Below are positions 10,962-23,615 of a stretch of DNA of 64,000 nucleotides, one piece after another. The notes beneath the pieces were generated by a model. It was given only the letters and a program-made list of their open reading frames with translations. It had not been told where the DNA came from and searched no databases. The first letter of the stretch is position 1. Each line of letters starts with the position of its first letter. The translations under genes were made by a program, and so were the position numbers. This stretch comes from Octopus sinensis (taxonomy: Eukaryota): positions 15,251,360-15,315,359 of the forward strand of contig NC_043019.1 of NCBI RefSeq assembly GCF_006345805.1, read 5' to 3'.

Positions 10962-12022
10962 CACTGTAAAAACCCATGTAATTTATGCACTTTTACACAA
11001 AAATTAAAATAAACTCTCAGGGGTGTGTAGGTTACATGAGTAGATCGTTTCTAGAATTCTTTTGAAATTTCTTTTTTAAAAAAAGACATGCAAAACGTAA
11101 ACATTTGTACCAGAAGTTGACTCATTTAATATCAAAATGGGTTTTTACAGAAAAAATAATTGCTTAAATACGCATATGAAGTTGACTTTTATCTATGCTG
11201 GACAGTATAATGCTTACTTTTTCTGTATAAATTTACTAAAACCATGAAATGGTTAACTAGTTTTTGAAGTCTGACGTTCATGCTGGCAAACACGGTCTGG
11301 GCCATATTTTACATTGCTTGGAGTTTCTAGCTATCGCAATGGAGCACATATTTAATTTCTCCTTGACAGTAAACGATTCGTAAGTTTTGCCCATACTGAC
11401 AATAACGGTAATGACAAATTTTTGAAGTTTACTTGACATTTTAAAAGTGTGAACGAGATTAAAATTTCGACACTCCGTATCAAAGGTTCCGACAACAAAA
11501 GGCGGAAAAGAAATCTGTTTACATAATCAGCTTGGTCGGTCACCCTCTGTCAGTTGAGTAAAGTGTCATCCAAGCTGATGTTTATTGGTAATTAAACTTA
11601 ATTTGGAACACCTGTGTGTATTTATCAGTTTTGTTTTTGTTGGTAATTCTCATCAACAACTTTTCCTGTGATCGTGATTTGAGAAGACATACAGCAGTAT
11701 GCTAAAGATCGGACATAATCACTTGAGGGCAAGAAATGTCAAATAAAGTTTATTATAAACATTACAAACACTTTGTAATTTAATAGCTTTTAATGTGATA
11801 CCTGTTAAAACAGAAATTACTTTTATCCAATGAAAATTTAATAAAATCTAATCAAAAGTAAGTGAAATTATGCTCAATACAACTAAACTGAAAACCCTTT
11901 TCCCCTGGCTATAAACTTTTGGTGTGTGAATTTTACATGAGAAGCTTTTTTTAACAATTTTTATCCTGAAAATCACCTGCGTAAATTACACAGGAGCGCA
12001 AATCATATGGGTTTTTGTAGTA
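10962..12022. mobile_element. Putative CACTA/EnSpm-like non-autonomous DNA transposon
   Basis: Left end CACTGTAAAAACCCATGTAATTT versus reverse complement of right end TACTACAAAAACCCATATGATTT; no transposase ORF inside. Confidence 0.45.
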
Positions 12023-12571
12023 TATACACCATTTTATCACAGTAGTATCACAAGAGAGACTATCATCTCCTCATCAAAACTGAAGGGTCCCTAATAAAAC
12101 TGAAAAGCTCCTGACAACATGAAGAGGCCTTCAACAAGTTATCTTGACCCTATGTGGTCTCTGCTCATTTACCAACAGCTCTGCAGAGTGTATTATTGAT
12201 TAACTCAATCCCAGAGCTTCACTGCTACTCCATTTTATCAGCAACAGTGTACAGCACCATCCACAATGATAGAATCTGCTCTGTTGCTTACTTTCTCTCT
12301 TCTCTCCATCTGTTTTCTCTCCTTATTCCTTTCTTTAGAAGAATGGAAGCTTGAAATATCAAAGATTCTTCCATTTTACTTGAACATCAAAACAATAATA
12401 CCTTCTTTGTTGTTCTCTGTCCCTTTGGGGGTTTTTTGGACAATTTTGAGTTGCTTATTTTATCAATGCCAGAAGAACGAAAATCAAAGTCGACCCAATT
12501 AGGATTTTAATTAAATAAACACAAGGCATTTTGTTCGACAAGTTTGCTTCTCCACTGCTCCACTGCAACTC

Positions 12572-12602
<31 letters not shown>

Positions 12603-13438
12603 TTAACATCTGTTTTCCATGCTGGCATGGGTTGGACAGTTTGGCAGGAACTGGCTAACCTAAAGGACTGCACCAGGCTCCATTTTGGAATGGTTTCTAA
12701 AGCTGGATGCCCTTCCTAAAACCAATCACTTTACAGAGTGAATTGGGTGCTTTTTACATAGTACTAGTCAGGTGTTTTTATGTGGCAAGCCAGAGTACAA
12801 CACCAAGATCCATTTTTCTGTTTTGGCATGGTCTTTATAGCTGGATGCCCTTCATGACGACAACTAGTTTACAAAGTGGACTGGGTGTTTTTTACATGGT
12901 ACCATCACAGGTACTTTTTACAAGGCACCATCATGGGGTGCTTTTTACAAGGTGCCAGCACAAGTACATTTACATGGCATCACCACATGCACTTATCTAC
13001 ATGGCATCAGCCGGGTGTCTTTATGTGGGGCCACCATGGGTGCTTTTTTTTATGCGACACCGCTATCCTACTAAAAGCAGATCTACAAAATCTACAAGTA
13101 CCAAAGTAATCAAAAACGCTATATTTAGCAAGACCGAAATTGCATAACCCGTTGGTACAGACTGACTTTTATCGAGGACAGCATGGAGAAAACAACAACA
13201 ACAACAACAACATCAACAACAATAGTGAATGTATTTTTAAAGCCAAAACACAGATAAGACCAAAGTTTATGTTCTATCTCATTCAAACTATATCTGTCTA
13301 GATATAGTTTTAAAACTATATTTAAAACAGTTTATGGAAAAACAACAGCCATATTCATTATCAAAAAGAAATGCTTTATCACTCATTTGTTTTAGCTCTG
13401 CTGTTGTTCTTGCTGTTGTTGTTGTTGTTGTTATTGTT

Positions 13439-13472
<34 letters not shown>

Positions 13473-13549
13473 TGGGTTTTTTTTTGTTTTAATTTTAAAT
13501 TGATATGTGTTATGTTCTGTTCTGTTATTTTGATTTTTCTTTTTTTTAG

Positions 13550-13615
13550 AGATTAGTCAGACGAGGAAGGGCCGTATCCATGAGCTTCGTTAGTACTCTG
13601 AGATTGGGGTGGGGG
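13550..13615 (+). CDS. Candidate internal cassette exon, 66 nt (RLVRRGRAVSMSFVSTLRLGWG)
   Basis: Acceptor tttttctttttttag and donor GGG|gtaagt. The length is divisible by 3 and one frame is open. Confidence 0.3.
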
Positions 13616-13704
13616 GTAAGTGGGGTTGGAGGGGAAGAACGGAGAAAGAGACAAGGTCCAAAAAAGCTTGCAACAAAGAGGACTCTGCAAAAGGCACCCA
13701 AGAA

Positions 13705-13965
13705 CCTGGTGGTGGTGGTGGTGGTGGTGGTGGTGGCAGCGGCAGCGGTGGTGACAATAGCAATGGTGGTGGTGTTGGTGATGGTAGTGATAGCTGTGAT
13801 AGTGACAGTGGTGGTAGTGCTGGTGATGGTTGTGGTGATGGTGATGGTTGTGAAGGTGGTGGTGGTGGTGGCAGTAGTGGTGGTGATGGTGATAGTGGTG
13901 ATGGTGATGGTGATAGTGGCAGTGGCAGCAGTGGTGGTGGTGGTTATGATGGTGGTGGCACATCA
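13705..13965. repeat. Degenerate (GGT/GAT/AGT)n trinucleotide tract
   Basis: Direct reading; it explains the poly-G/V/H ORFs in the track. Confidence 0.9.
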
Positions 13966-14755
13966 ACATTTTCACTTCCTTCAGTGATACATCCCACTCA
14001 GTAGAGGAGTTTTATCTTGTGAGTATTTGGTAACCCCTCTAGTGCCGGTGCCACATAAAACATACCACTCAGTAGACTCTCTAAGATGGTTAGCCTCAGG
14101 AAGAGCACCCAGCTGTAGAGACCTTACCAAAGAATACATCAGAGCCCAGTGCTGCCCTCTGGCTCATTGGCTCCTGTTGAACCATCCCACTGATGCCAGC
14201 ATAGAAAAAAAGACACTGATGATGGCAACAGTGATGATGATGATGATGATGATGGTTATGAGATTCTGTTTTATTTTATCACCCTCCAGAAAGATGATGA
14301 AAAACAAAGTTGATCATAGCGAGATTTGAACTCGGAACATCAGACACCCCAAGGCATTTCATCTGTCTGACAATCCTAACCCTTCTGCCAGAAGAAGCCA
14401 TACTATTCCTTTATTTGTTTCAGTCATTTGACTGCGGCCATGCTGGAGAGCCTCTAGTCAAGCAAATTAACCCCAGGACTTATTCTTTGCAAGCCCAGTA
14501 CTTATTCTATCAGTCTCTTTTGCCAAACCACTAAGTTATGGGGACGTAAACACACCAGCATCGGTTGTCAAGCGATGTTGGGGGGACAAACAGATACACA
14601 AACATACACACATAAACACACATATATATATATATATATATCGTTCGCCAGCCCTGCCTGGCCTCCGTGCTGGTGGCACGTAAAAAGCACCATCTGACCG
14701 TGGCTGTTTGCCAGCCTCGTCTGGCACGTAAAAAGCGGATGCTAAACGATGATGA

Positions 14756-14794
<39 letters not shown>

Positions 14795-16027
14795 TATATA
14801 TATACGACGGGCTTCTTTCAGTTTCCGTCTACCAAATCCACTCACAAGGCTTTGGTCGGCCCGAGGCTTCAGTAGAAGACACTTGCCCAAGGTGCCACGC
14901 AGTAGGACTGAAACCGGAACCATGTGGTTGGTAAGCAAGCTACTTACCACAAAAAAAAATTTTAAATAAACGTAAATATTCTATTATATCTTTGCGGCAG
15001 GAAAGATGTTACCAAAACAACAACAACAGCAACAACAACAAAAAAAAAAGAAAAAAAGAAAAAGAACATTAAAAACGAAATGGTCTTTAAATAACGATGA
15101 CACTGTTGAAATTACCCAATTAAAATTAAACACTTGAAAAACAATGAGAGCAACAACTGAATAGCTTTATCTAGAAGTGACCACCTCTGTGGAAATGTGT
15201 CAATTTCATATTCAAGTGCCTCGTATTCAAGTACGATGAGAAAGTATTCCATATTGTCGCTCTCTATCTTTCCCTCTGTCTGTGTGTCCATCTCCCCTTT
15301 CTTCGCTTTTAACTAAATGACCATCACCACAACTATAGCCACAGCCACTCCAACCTCCTCTTCATCGTGAAAAAAACGACAAATCCTGTGATTACTAAGA
15401 CTGTATCACCATCACCATATCATCATCATCATCATCGTCATCACCGTCGTTGTCAGTAGCATGGATGGCATCAACAATACCATCAACAATACCGGCTACC
15501 ACCAACATCAGTACCACTGCTCCTGTCATTATCCATGTCACCACCACCACCACCACCACTACCACTAATACTCCTACTACCACCACCACCATCGTCACTG
15601 ACTGCGGTGCCAACATGATCAGCACCACCACCACCACCACCACCACTACCACCACCATCATTGTCACTAACAGCAGCGCTGACATTGTACCCACCACCAC
15701 CACCACCATCACCATCACCACCACCACCACCACCATCTTGTATTCCAATGAACCTACATAAGAGGTGTGTATTTTTTAAGACACACTGTGTAAAAAGTGA
15801 TTTTTTCTCCTTCCGTTAGTGTTACTGACCAAATATGGTCATGTCTCCAACAGAGAGGGAGGGGTGGGGGGAGCAAAATAAAACACAATCAAAATGATTT
15901 CATCAGGCTTATATATATATATATACATGTATGTATGTATATATATGTGTATATATATGAGTATGTATGTGTGTGTGTATGTATATATATATATATATAT
16001 GCCTATGTATGTGTGTGTGTGTGTGTG

Positions 16028-16062
<35 letters not shown>

Positions 16063-16129
16063 CTATGTATGTGTGTGTGTGTATGTATATATATGTGTGT
16101 ATATATATATATATATGTATATGTGTATA

Positions 16130-16180
<51 letters not shown>

Positions 16181-16979
16181 ATGTATGTATGTATGTATGT
16201 ATATACTCTTTTCTTTTACTCATTTCAGGCATTTGACTGTGGCCATGCTGGATCACCACCTTGAAGGATTTTAGTCAAACAAATCGACCCCAGGACATAT
16301 TTTCTTTCTTTTTTTTTTAAGCATAGTATTTATTCCATCAGTCTCTTTTGCCAAACTGCTAAGTTATGGGGACATAAACACACCATCACCAGTTGTCAAG
16401 TGGTGATGGGGTGGGGGGGAAGGACAAACACCGACACAAGACATACACAGATGCTTTGTTCTTTTATTCTTTTACTGCAGCCATGCTGGAGCACTGCCTT
16501 TAGTCGAACAAATCGATCCCAGAACTTATTCTTTGGAAGGTTAGCACTTATTTTAATGGTCTCTTTTGCCGAACCGCTAGGTTACAGGGACATAAACACA
16601 CCAACGTCAGTTGTCAAGCGATGGAGAGGCTACAAACACAGACACACACAAATATATACATACACACACATATATATATATACACGATGGGCATCTTTCA
16701 GTTTCCATCTACCAAACCCACTCACAAGAATTTGGTCAGCCCAAGGCTATAGTTAAAGACTCTTGCCCAAGGTGCCACAGATTGGGACTGAAACTGGAAC
16801 CATGTGGTTAGTGAGCAAGCTACTTACCACACAGCCACTCCTATATATATATATATATATATATATTAGTTGTAATTAAGTTAGTCATGGCCTGGATTAA
16901 TTCTGACCAAATATCACCAAAGCATACATACATTTATGTATGTATGTATGTATGTATGTATGTATGTATGTATGTATGT

Positions 16980-17022
<43 letters not shown>

Positions 17023-17090
17023 CAAAAGAGGCGATTGGAAAATTTTTTTTTTTATTTATTCACCATTACACGTGTTTCTTTTCTTAATAG

Positions 17091-17123
17091 GTGTTACAAA
17101 ATTGTACATATGAAAGGCAACAA
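17091..17123 (+). CDS. Candidate 33-nt microexon (VLQNCTYERQQ or xCYKIVHMKGNx)
   Basis: Acceptor gtttcttttcttaatag and donor CAA|gtaaga; frame-preserving, and two of three frames are open. Confidence 0.35.
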
Positions 17124-17334
17124 GTAAGATATTTGTTAGAAATTCTTCAGGGAGGGAATCAAATAATACAAAATCTACAATTGGACAAAGCGTTTATATA
17201 GGGTTAGTAATGAGGGGCTCTTTAGATAGTTAGAGGGGAGAAAAACATATCAAGTAATACAGGAGAAAGAGGGTTAGAGTTACAGGATAAAGTAATAATT
17301 GAACACAAACAACTATGCACACACATTTACACAC

Positions 17335-17383
<49 letters not shown>

Positions 17384-17579
17384 ATTATATTGTAAATGTA
17401 ATGAACAAAAGCAAAATGTAAGGATACAACACAGAAAGGACAAACTTCAACAAATGTATTAATTGTATTAGCTAACCATGCAAATATATAGTTAATCCAA
17501 ACAAGAAAGCACAAAAAAAACAACAACGCGAGGACGTGGAACGAATATAGTATTATTGGACGCTCAAGAAAGAAGGAGG

Positions 17580-17614
17580 GTTTAACGTTTCGAGCGGAGC
17601 TCTTCGTCGGAAAC
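17580..17614 (-). ncRNA. Minimal type-I hammerhead-like motif (CCGACGA core) in a Penelope-like fragment (~17210-17690)
   Basis: Minus strand reads GTTT CCGACGA A GAGC tcc GCTC GAAAC GTT AAAC. Stem I differs from the 2890 copy but still pairs. Confidence 0.55.
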
Positions 17615-17885
17615 ATAGGAGAAGGAAAGATCCAGAGAAGGGAAGACAGAGGAAAAAAAATCGCCAACGGTACACACGAGGTCACAAATATATATCTACA
17701 CACACAGATGATATCTGAAAAGAAACAGCAATTTTAGCGAAACATATTAAAAAACAACACTAATAATAGATCAAAAAAATAAAAGTAAACAAGCTTTTGA
17801 CAGTTTTATAGATATTTCAAAATTATGATGCTTTGATGCTAGGTGTTTCCATTATTTTGTCCAACCCCTGTATGTGTATATATAT

Positions 17886-18316
17886 ACTCTTTACTCTCTT
17901 TTTACTCTTTTACCCGTTTCAGTCATTTGACTGCGGCCATGCTGGAGCACCACCTTTTAGTTGAGCAAATCGACCCGAGGACTTATTCTTTTTAAGCCTA
18001 GTACTTATTCTATCGGTCTCTTTTGCCGAACCGATAAGTTACGGGAACGTAAACACACCAACATCGGTTGTCACGCAATGTTGGGGGGACAAACACAGAC
18101 ACACAAACATATACACATACACACACACACACATATATATATATACATATATACGATGGGCTTCTTTCAGTTTCCGTCTACCAAATCCACTCACAAGGCT
18201 TTGGTCGGCCCGAGGCTATAGTAGAAGACACTTGCCCAAGGTGCCACGCAGTGGGACTGAACCCGGAACCATGTGGTTCGTAAGCAAGCTACTTACCACA
18301 CAGCCACTCCTACGCC
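17886..18316 (-). mobile_element. Full-length SINE family 1
   Basis: Head GGCGTAGGAGTGGCTGTGTGGTAAG through the AAAAGAGT tail. Other long copies: 14405-14950 (-), 16207-16842 (-), 24228-24605 (+), 36143-36588 (-), 50586-50985 (+), 60869-61260 (+). Confidence 0.85.
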
Positions 18317-18349
<33 letters not shown>

Positions 18350-18358
18350 TATATATAT

Positions 18359-18414
<56 letters not shown>

Positions 18415-18825
18415 AATCAAACATTAAAAACTGAACATTTAAAATTGTACATAAAAAAATAACAAATAACAAAACGACAAAAGGACGCATGGAATGTATT
18501 AGTTTCACACTGAGTAAAAGTGGGAAAAAAGAGTGGGGTTTTCGTGATTTGAGCATAGCTCTTCGCCAGAAAGAGGAGAAAGGAAAGGTCTAGAGAAGGA
18601 AAAGTACATGTGTGGTTACATGGTCAAAGTGACCAAAAGTGGAAAGAGATAGAGAGAGAGAGAGACTTTTGAGTGTTTTATATGTATAATTATAGTAATC
18701 GCGCAACCATCACGGGTGTTATGTTCCAAAACCTCCCTCAGAAATAATTAAAACCTTAAAAAAATATAAATACATATCGGCCACAGAAACCCGTGATATA
18801 AATTTATTAGCCAGAAAAATCTGCA

Positions 18826-18975
18826 ATGTACTGAGGGTGTGGTAGGTGAACAGTGACACACTGAGTGTGCAGTAGGTGACCAGCGATGTATTGAGTGTGC
18901 GGTAGGTGTGAACAGTGATATACTGAGTGCACGATAGGTGAACTGTGATGTACTGAGTGCGTGATAGGTGAACTG
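18826..18975. repeat. ~30-bp minisatellite, ~5 copies (gtactgagtgtgcggtaggtgaacagtgat)
   Basis: Direct reading. Confidence 0.85.
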
Positions 18976-19229
18976 CAAAATGGTGAGGGATTATTGTCTA
19001 TGTGTGTGTATATATATATCATCGTCAGTAAATCATAAATCTAAAAGAGAAACACACTAAATTATAGAGCAGTAGGGTAATTAGATAAAGGTAGTTATGG
19101 CCAATCTGTGGGGTTATCCTGGGTTTCATGTCCATAAAGTGCTCGGCTTTACAGTCTCTTCAGACCCTAATGGCCGGTGGCCGATAACATCTCTGTATAT
19201 ATGTGTGTGTTCACTTTATGTCCATGTTT

Positions 19230-19510
19230 CAACGGGATTCTCAACCAGGATCCATATCAACATTAGAGGTCCATCTGTTTCTTGGGGGTTCATATGACCT
19301 TTAGGGGTCCACTTAAGACTTTGGTGTAAAGGTTTATGTGCAGGAAACTGGTTAAACTTCTATAATATACAAAATATTTTAGCAAATAATTTAATACAAT
19401 CCCTAATAATATTTAATTATAAAGCCATGGGATTTTTTAAACACAGGGGTCCTATAAAGTTAAATAGGAATCAAAGGGACCCATGGTCAAAATATGGTTG
19501 AGAACAACTG
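19230..19510. mobile_element. hAT-like MITE
   Basis: Ends carry TTCTCAACC / GGTTGAGAA inverted motifs, with internal GGGGTCC motifs. Confidence 0.45.
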
Positions 19511-20150
19511 GTTTAAATGAATATGGTATTGAGGTTTTACTTTACAGACAAATGCTCTTCCTGTTGCTAACCCTTGCCTATTTTCATGTAAGGGAACTTC
19601 TGTTTCATAACTCTTTAAAAGTAGGAAACAGACAATTTGTTGACAGAAGTGGCACTCACAGCTCACAACTTGCAATTTTCATAGAGTGCAAAATTAAACA
19701 CGTAAATGGAGACACATGTGTAGATGCACACACACACACAGATTTCTTTCACTTTTCAGCTACCAAATTCAGTCATAATATACACACACACACACACACA
19801 CACACATACACACCATATTTATTCATGTATGAGTCACTCTTTTATATTTTATCTTCACTGATAAAACTTGAGTACAACTTATACTTGAGTAAATAGGAAA
19901 TGTTGTGTGCATGTTGATATATTGTTTCATCGTTTAGCGTCTGCTTTCCATGCTAGCATGGGTTGGACGTTTCAACTGGGGTCTGGGAAGCCAGAAGGCT
20001 GCACCAGGCCCAGTCTGATCTGGCAATGTTTCTACGGCTGGATGCCCTTCCTAGGGGGAAGGTTTACGAAAATAAACAAAAGACGAAGGCAGGTGGAATA
20101 CAAACAAACAAATGTATTAGTATGGCACTCAGGAATAGAAATAGAAAAAG

Positions 20151-20188
20151 TCTTTTACGTTTCGAGCCTACGCTCTTCAACAGAAAGA
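20151..20188 (-). ncRNA. Minimal hammerhead-like motif, family A second copy (GUA triplet)
   Basis: TCTTT CTGTTGA A GAGC gtag GCTC GAAAC GTA AAAGA. Confidence 0.55.
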
Positions 20189-23022
20189 TACACAGAAAAG
20201 AAACAAGGAGAGAAACAAGGAGAGAAAAAAATGCGTGTAGGAGCTGGCGATCTATCATATAAAATGATACATATATATATAATATAGAATGAGATATATA
20301 GATAATATATGAAAACTATTTAACATGATTTTGAAGTTTCAGTCAGCTAAGCCATCATCAAAATGTAAGAACAAAGGCTCGAAACATCAAAATCGTCTTC
20401 CATTTTTCTTGAGGACCAAACTAATATACATTGGTGTTCCCTCACTTTTCTCTGTCTTTTGTATAATTTAGCATTATATATATATATATATATACTCAGA
20501 CAGTTTGATTTGGTTCTGTACAACTTCAAGTTCCTCAGACCCCTATAAGGAGCCTGTCTTTTTCCAGCTTTGGATTGCCGAAATATATATATATATGATA
20601 TAATGACAGTGCCCCAGCATGGCCACAGCTCGTGAGCTGAAACTAGATAAAATAAATAAATAAAATAAATGTGGATAAGATTTACTGATGTCATCATTGT
20701 TTTAATGTCCACCTTGCCATGCTTGTATTGGTCAGACAAATTTTGTTAGGCAGATTTTATACCAGAGAATGCCCTTCACACCACCACCAGCCATCACCAT
20801 TGTCCAACTAAGGTAACATTTTCCTCAAGTCCTTTGAACATGAACTTGATTTCCGGCAGGATCGTCAACAAATGACACAACCTGTGCAAAGGTGACATTT
20901 GTCATACAGGTAGCATAAAGACGTCAAGACAAAGAGACATTATGTTACACACACAAACACATACATGTATGCCAGGTCACTCTATGGGTAACATATAACC
21001 TAGTACAACCTGTTACACGGTTGAGTCATTGGTGTCTAAACCAGTAACCCTTACCAAGCAAGCGTGGTAGGATTGCTAGAGAGCCAATGCCCGTCTGATA
21101 TAGTGAGGGTTAGATGGTGCTCACCGGACGTAGTGAAGACAATCTATCAAAGAGAAAGTCATCTCTGAAATAAAGAACAATAAGCTGATAGTATTCTGTG
21201 CAGAAATAATCATGATATGAAGATGGTATAGTTTCATCTATGGACAACTGATAATAAATATGTATAATTTGTATGTCTGTAGAAGCAAATCCAAAAACAA
21301 ATAAAAAAGAAAACAGGAAAAAAGAACAAAAGTCAATCGGATGTACAGAGTGGAATATATTAAGATGACACTCAGTGAAAGTTCTAGATGGAAAACAAGG
21401 AGTGGAAATGACATTTCAAGCATGACTCTTTGTTGGAAAGAGGAAAAGTAGGAAGGAACAGATAGTCCAGAAAAAAGCATGTGTCATTATAGATATGTAT
21501 ATATATATAATATATATATATATGTTGAACAACAAGAATGAGTGCTTAACACTGTGTTGGTGGATAAAATTTCTATATTTGTGTATTAAGGCTACCATTG
21601 GTTTCAGGTTCAGAAAAATATCTTAATATCCTAACAATTTTTCAAGCCGGTCACATGGAAGAATGGTGTCCGTCTCCATTTATGGATGAAAATACAAAAC
21701 GGCTATATATATATATATATATATATCGTTTAGCGTCCGCTTTCCATGCTAGCATGGGTTGGACAGTTCAACTGGGGTCTGGGAAGCCAGAAGGCTGCAC
21801 CAGGTCCAGTCTGATCTGGCAATGTTCAGACTGTCACACACATATTGACAATGTCTTTCAGTTTCCTGACACTAAATCCCCTCACAAGGCTTCGGTGGGT
21901 ACAAAACACTTGCCCAAGGTGCTGTGCTGTTGGACTGAACCTGAAACCACATGGTGGGGAATCAAACTTCTTAACGACACACCCAAGCACACACACAACA
22001 CACTCACCCACACACTACAAGTGCTCTTACTGCTAACTACTTCTATGCATCTGCTACACATGATGTCTCTCTTCTCTCTCAACCTTTCTGTGATCCCACT
22101 ACACTGTTTAACGAGCCACAATTTGTACTACATACCCTATGGATCATGCTTACTCTTGTTCTGTGTATTGAGCTTGCCCTTTTTCTAAAATGGTAGCAGA
22201 ATGTTCTCTTCTTTCTTACTAATTAAATCTTTTGTTTTTCAAAGCTTAAACTTCTAGGTGTCGCAACTCAAGGATTTCTTTCACATGCTATAGGCACAAG
22301 CACAGCTGTGCAATTAAGAAGTCCAGTTCATATTTATGAAATCTGAGTATTCATATCTTCAATATCGTTGATGACCTGGTACTTTAACTGTAAGTAGAGG
22401 ATTAATGGATTTGTTTAATATGTATAGGAATTTTAATGATGGTAGCACAAGAAATTTGAGAATGGTTCTGGGAATAATTGCTCAAATTGTTTCAATTCTT
22501 CAGCTTTCAGTAATTATGAAACAAGAACATTTATTGGCTATTAGTAGAATTGTAATATATATTATTAGTAGGGCGGTGAGCTGACAGAAGCATTACCACA
22601 GCGGGTGAAATGCTTACAGGCAGTTCGTCTGTCTTTACATTCTGAGTTCAAATTCTGCCAAGGTCGACTTTGCCTTCCATCCTTTCGGGGTCAATAAATT
22701 AAGTACCAGTTGCATATAGAGGTCGATCTAATTGACTGGGCCCCCCCCACCTCTGCAAAAATTTCAGGCCTTGTGCCTAGAGTAGAAAAGAATATATATT
22801 ACTAGTAAGGCGGCAAACTGACAGAATTATTTGCACACTAGGCAAACTACTTAGTGGCATTTCATCCATTTTTATGCTCCGAGTTCAAAATCTGCCAAAG
22901 TCAACATTACCTTTCATCCCTCTTAGGGTCGAAAAAGTACCAGTTGAATACTGGGGTCAACATAAGTGACTTAATTCCTCTCTGAAATTACTGGCTTTAT
23001 GCCAAAGTTTGAAACCAATATA

Positions 23023-23615
23023 CAGGGAGCGGCAGAATTAACGACCTTTTTTATTTAGCAATTTTTATAGCACAAGAATTATTTTCTTCAGTAAATTTTA
23101 TTATTTAAAAATTTATTACAGGAGTTAAAGAAACGAATAAAAAAACAATTAATGAAAATAAATTGCAGTAGTTTTATGAAACTTATAAAATATTATTCCA
23201 TCAAAACAACATAATCCATTATGATGAAAAATTTAATTAACACGTTCAAAAGGCTCCCCTTCATTTTTAGTACAATGCTGAACACTACTGGCAACACATC
23301 TACAAACCTTTTGACACATTTTCCTGTTAATCGTAAAAAATTTATCAGCAATTGCTTGTTTTAATTCAGGAATTGTTTTCGGTTTCAGGGAATAAACAAG
23401 ATTTTTCAATACACCCCATAAGATAAAGTCAGATGGTGTTAGGTCTGGTGATCGTGATGGCCCCTCAATTGCTCCACGTCATCCTCTATACCTCCTCTCA
23501 AAATTAAGATTTAACCATTCCCGAACGTTTAACCCACAGTGAGGCCGTGCACCATCCTGTACAAAGTAGAAAACTATAAAAAAAATACAAAGGGTGTTAC
23601 TTCTGCCGCACCCTG
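23023..23615 (-). mobile_element. Internally deleted Tc1/mariner-superfamily element
   Basis: TIRs CAGGG(A/T)GCGGCAGAA, with TA at the left flank. Confidence 0.85.
23233..23559 (-). pseudogene. Transposase C-terminal catalytic fragment
   Basis: QDGARPH...RG*RGAIEGPSRSPDLTPSDFILWGVLKNLVY...ELKQAI, one in-frame stop; matches the QDGAPxH and WPPRSPDL motifs. Confidence 0.85.

Noticed and set aside
11352-11543. 63-aa minus-strand ORF (MTDQADYVNRFLF...)
   Set aside because: It starts at a non-ATG codon, has no recognisable motif, and lies inside a putative MITE.
12770-13060. Array of ~25-bp degenerate repeats (GGTGCTTTTTACATGGCACC)
   Set aside because: It is an internal repeat of the common RTE-tailed element, seen also at 52460-52560, 55470-55700 and 60545-60625, and is not locus-specific.
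15880-15907. Minus-strand CTGATGA AATCA ttt TGATT hammerhead-like start
   Set aside because: It is followed by GTGT rather than GAAA, and there is no stem III or stem I.
19548-19587. Apparent 40-nt exon (tttacag...CAT|gtaagg)
   Set aside because: The sequence is a variant of the repeat block GATGCCCTTCCT...GCCAACC found in the RTE-tailed elements, so the splice signals are incidental.
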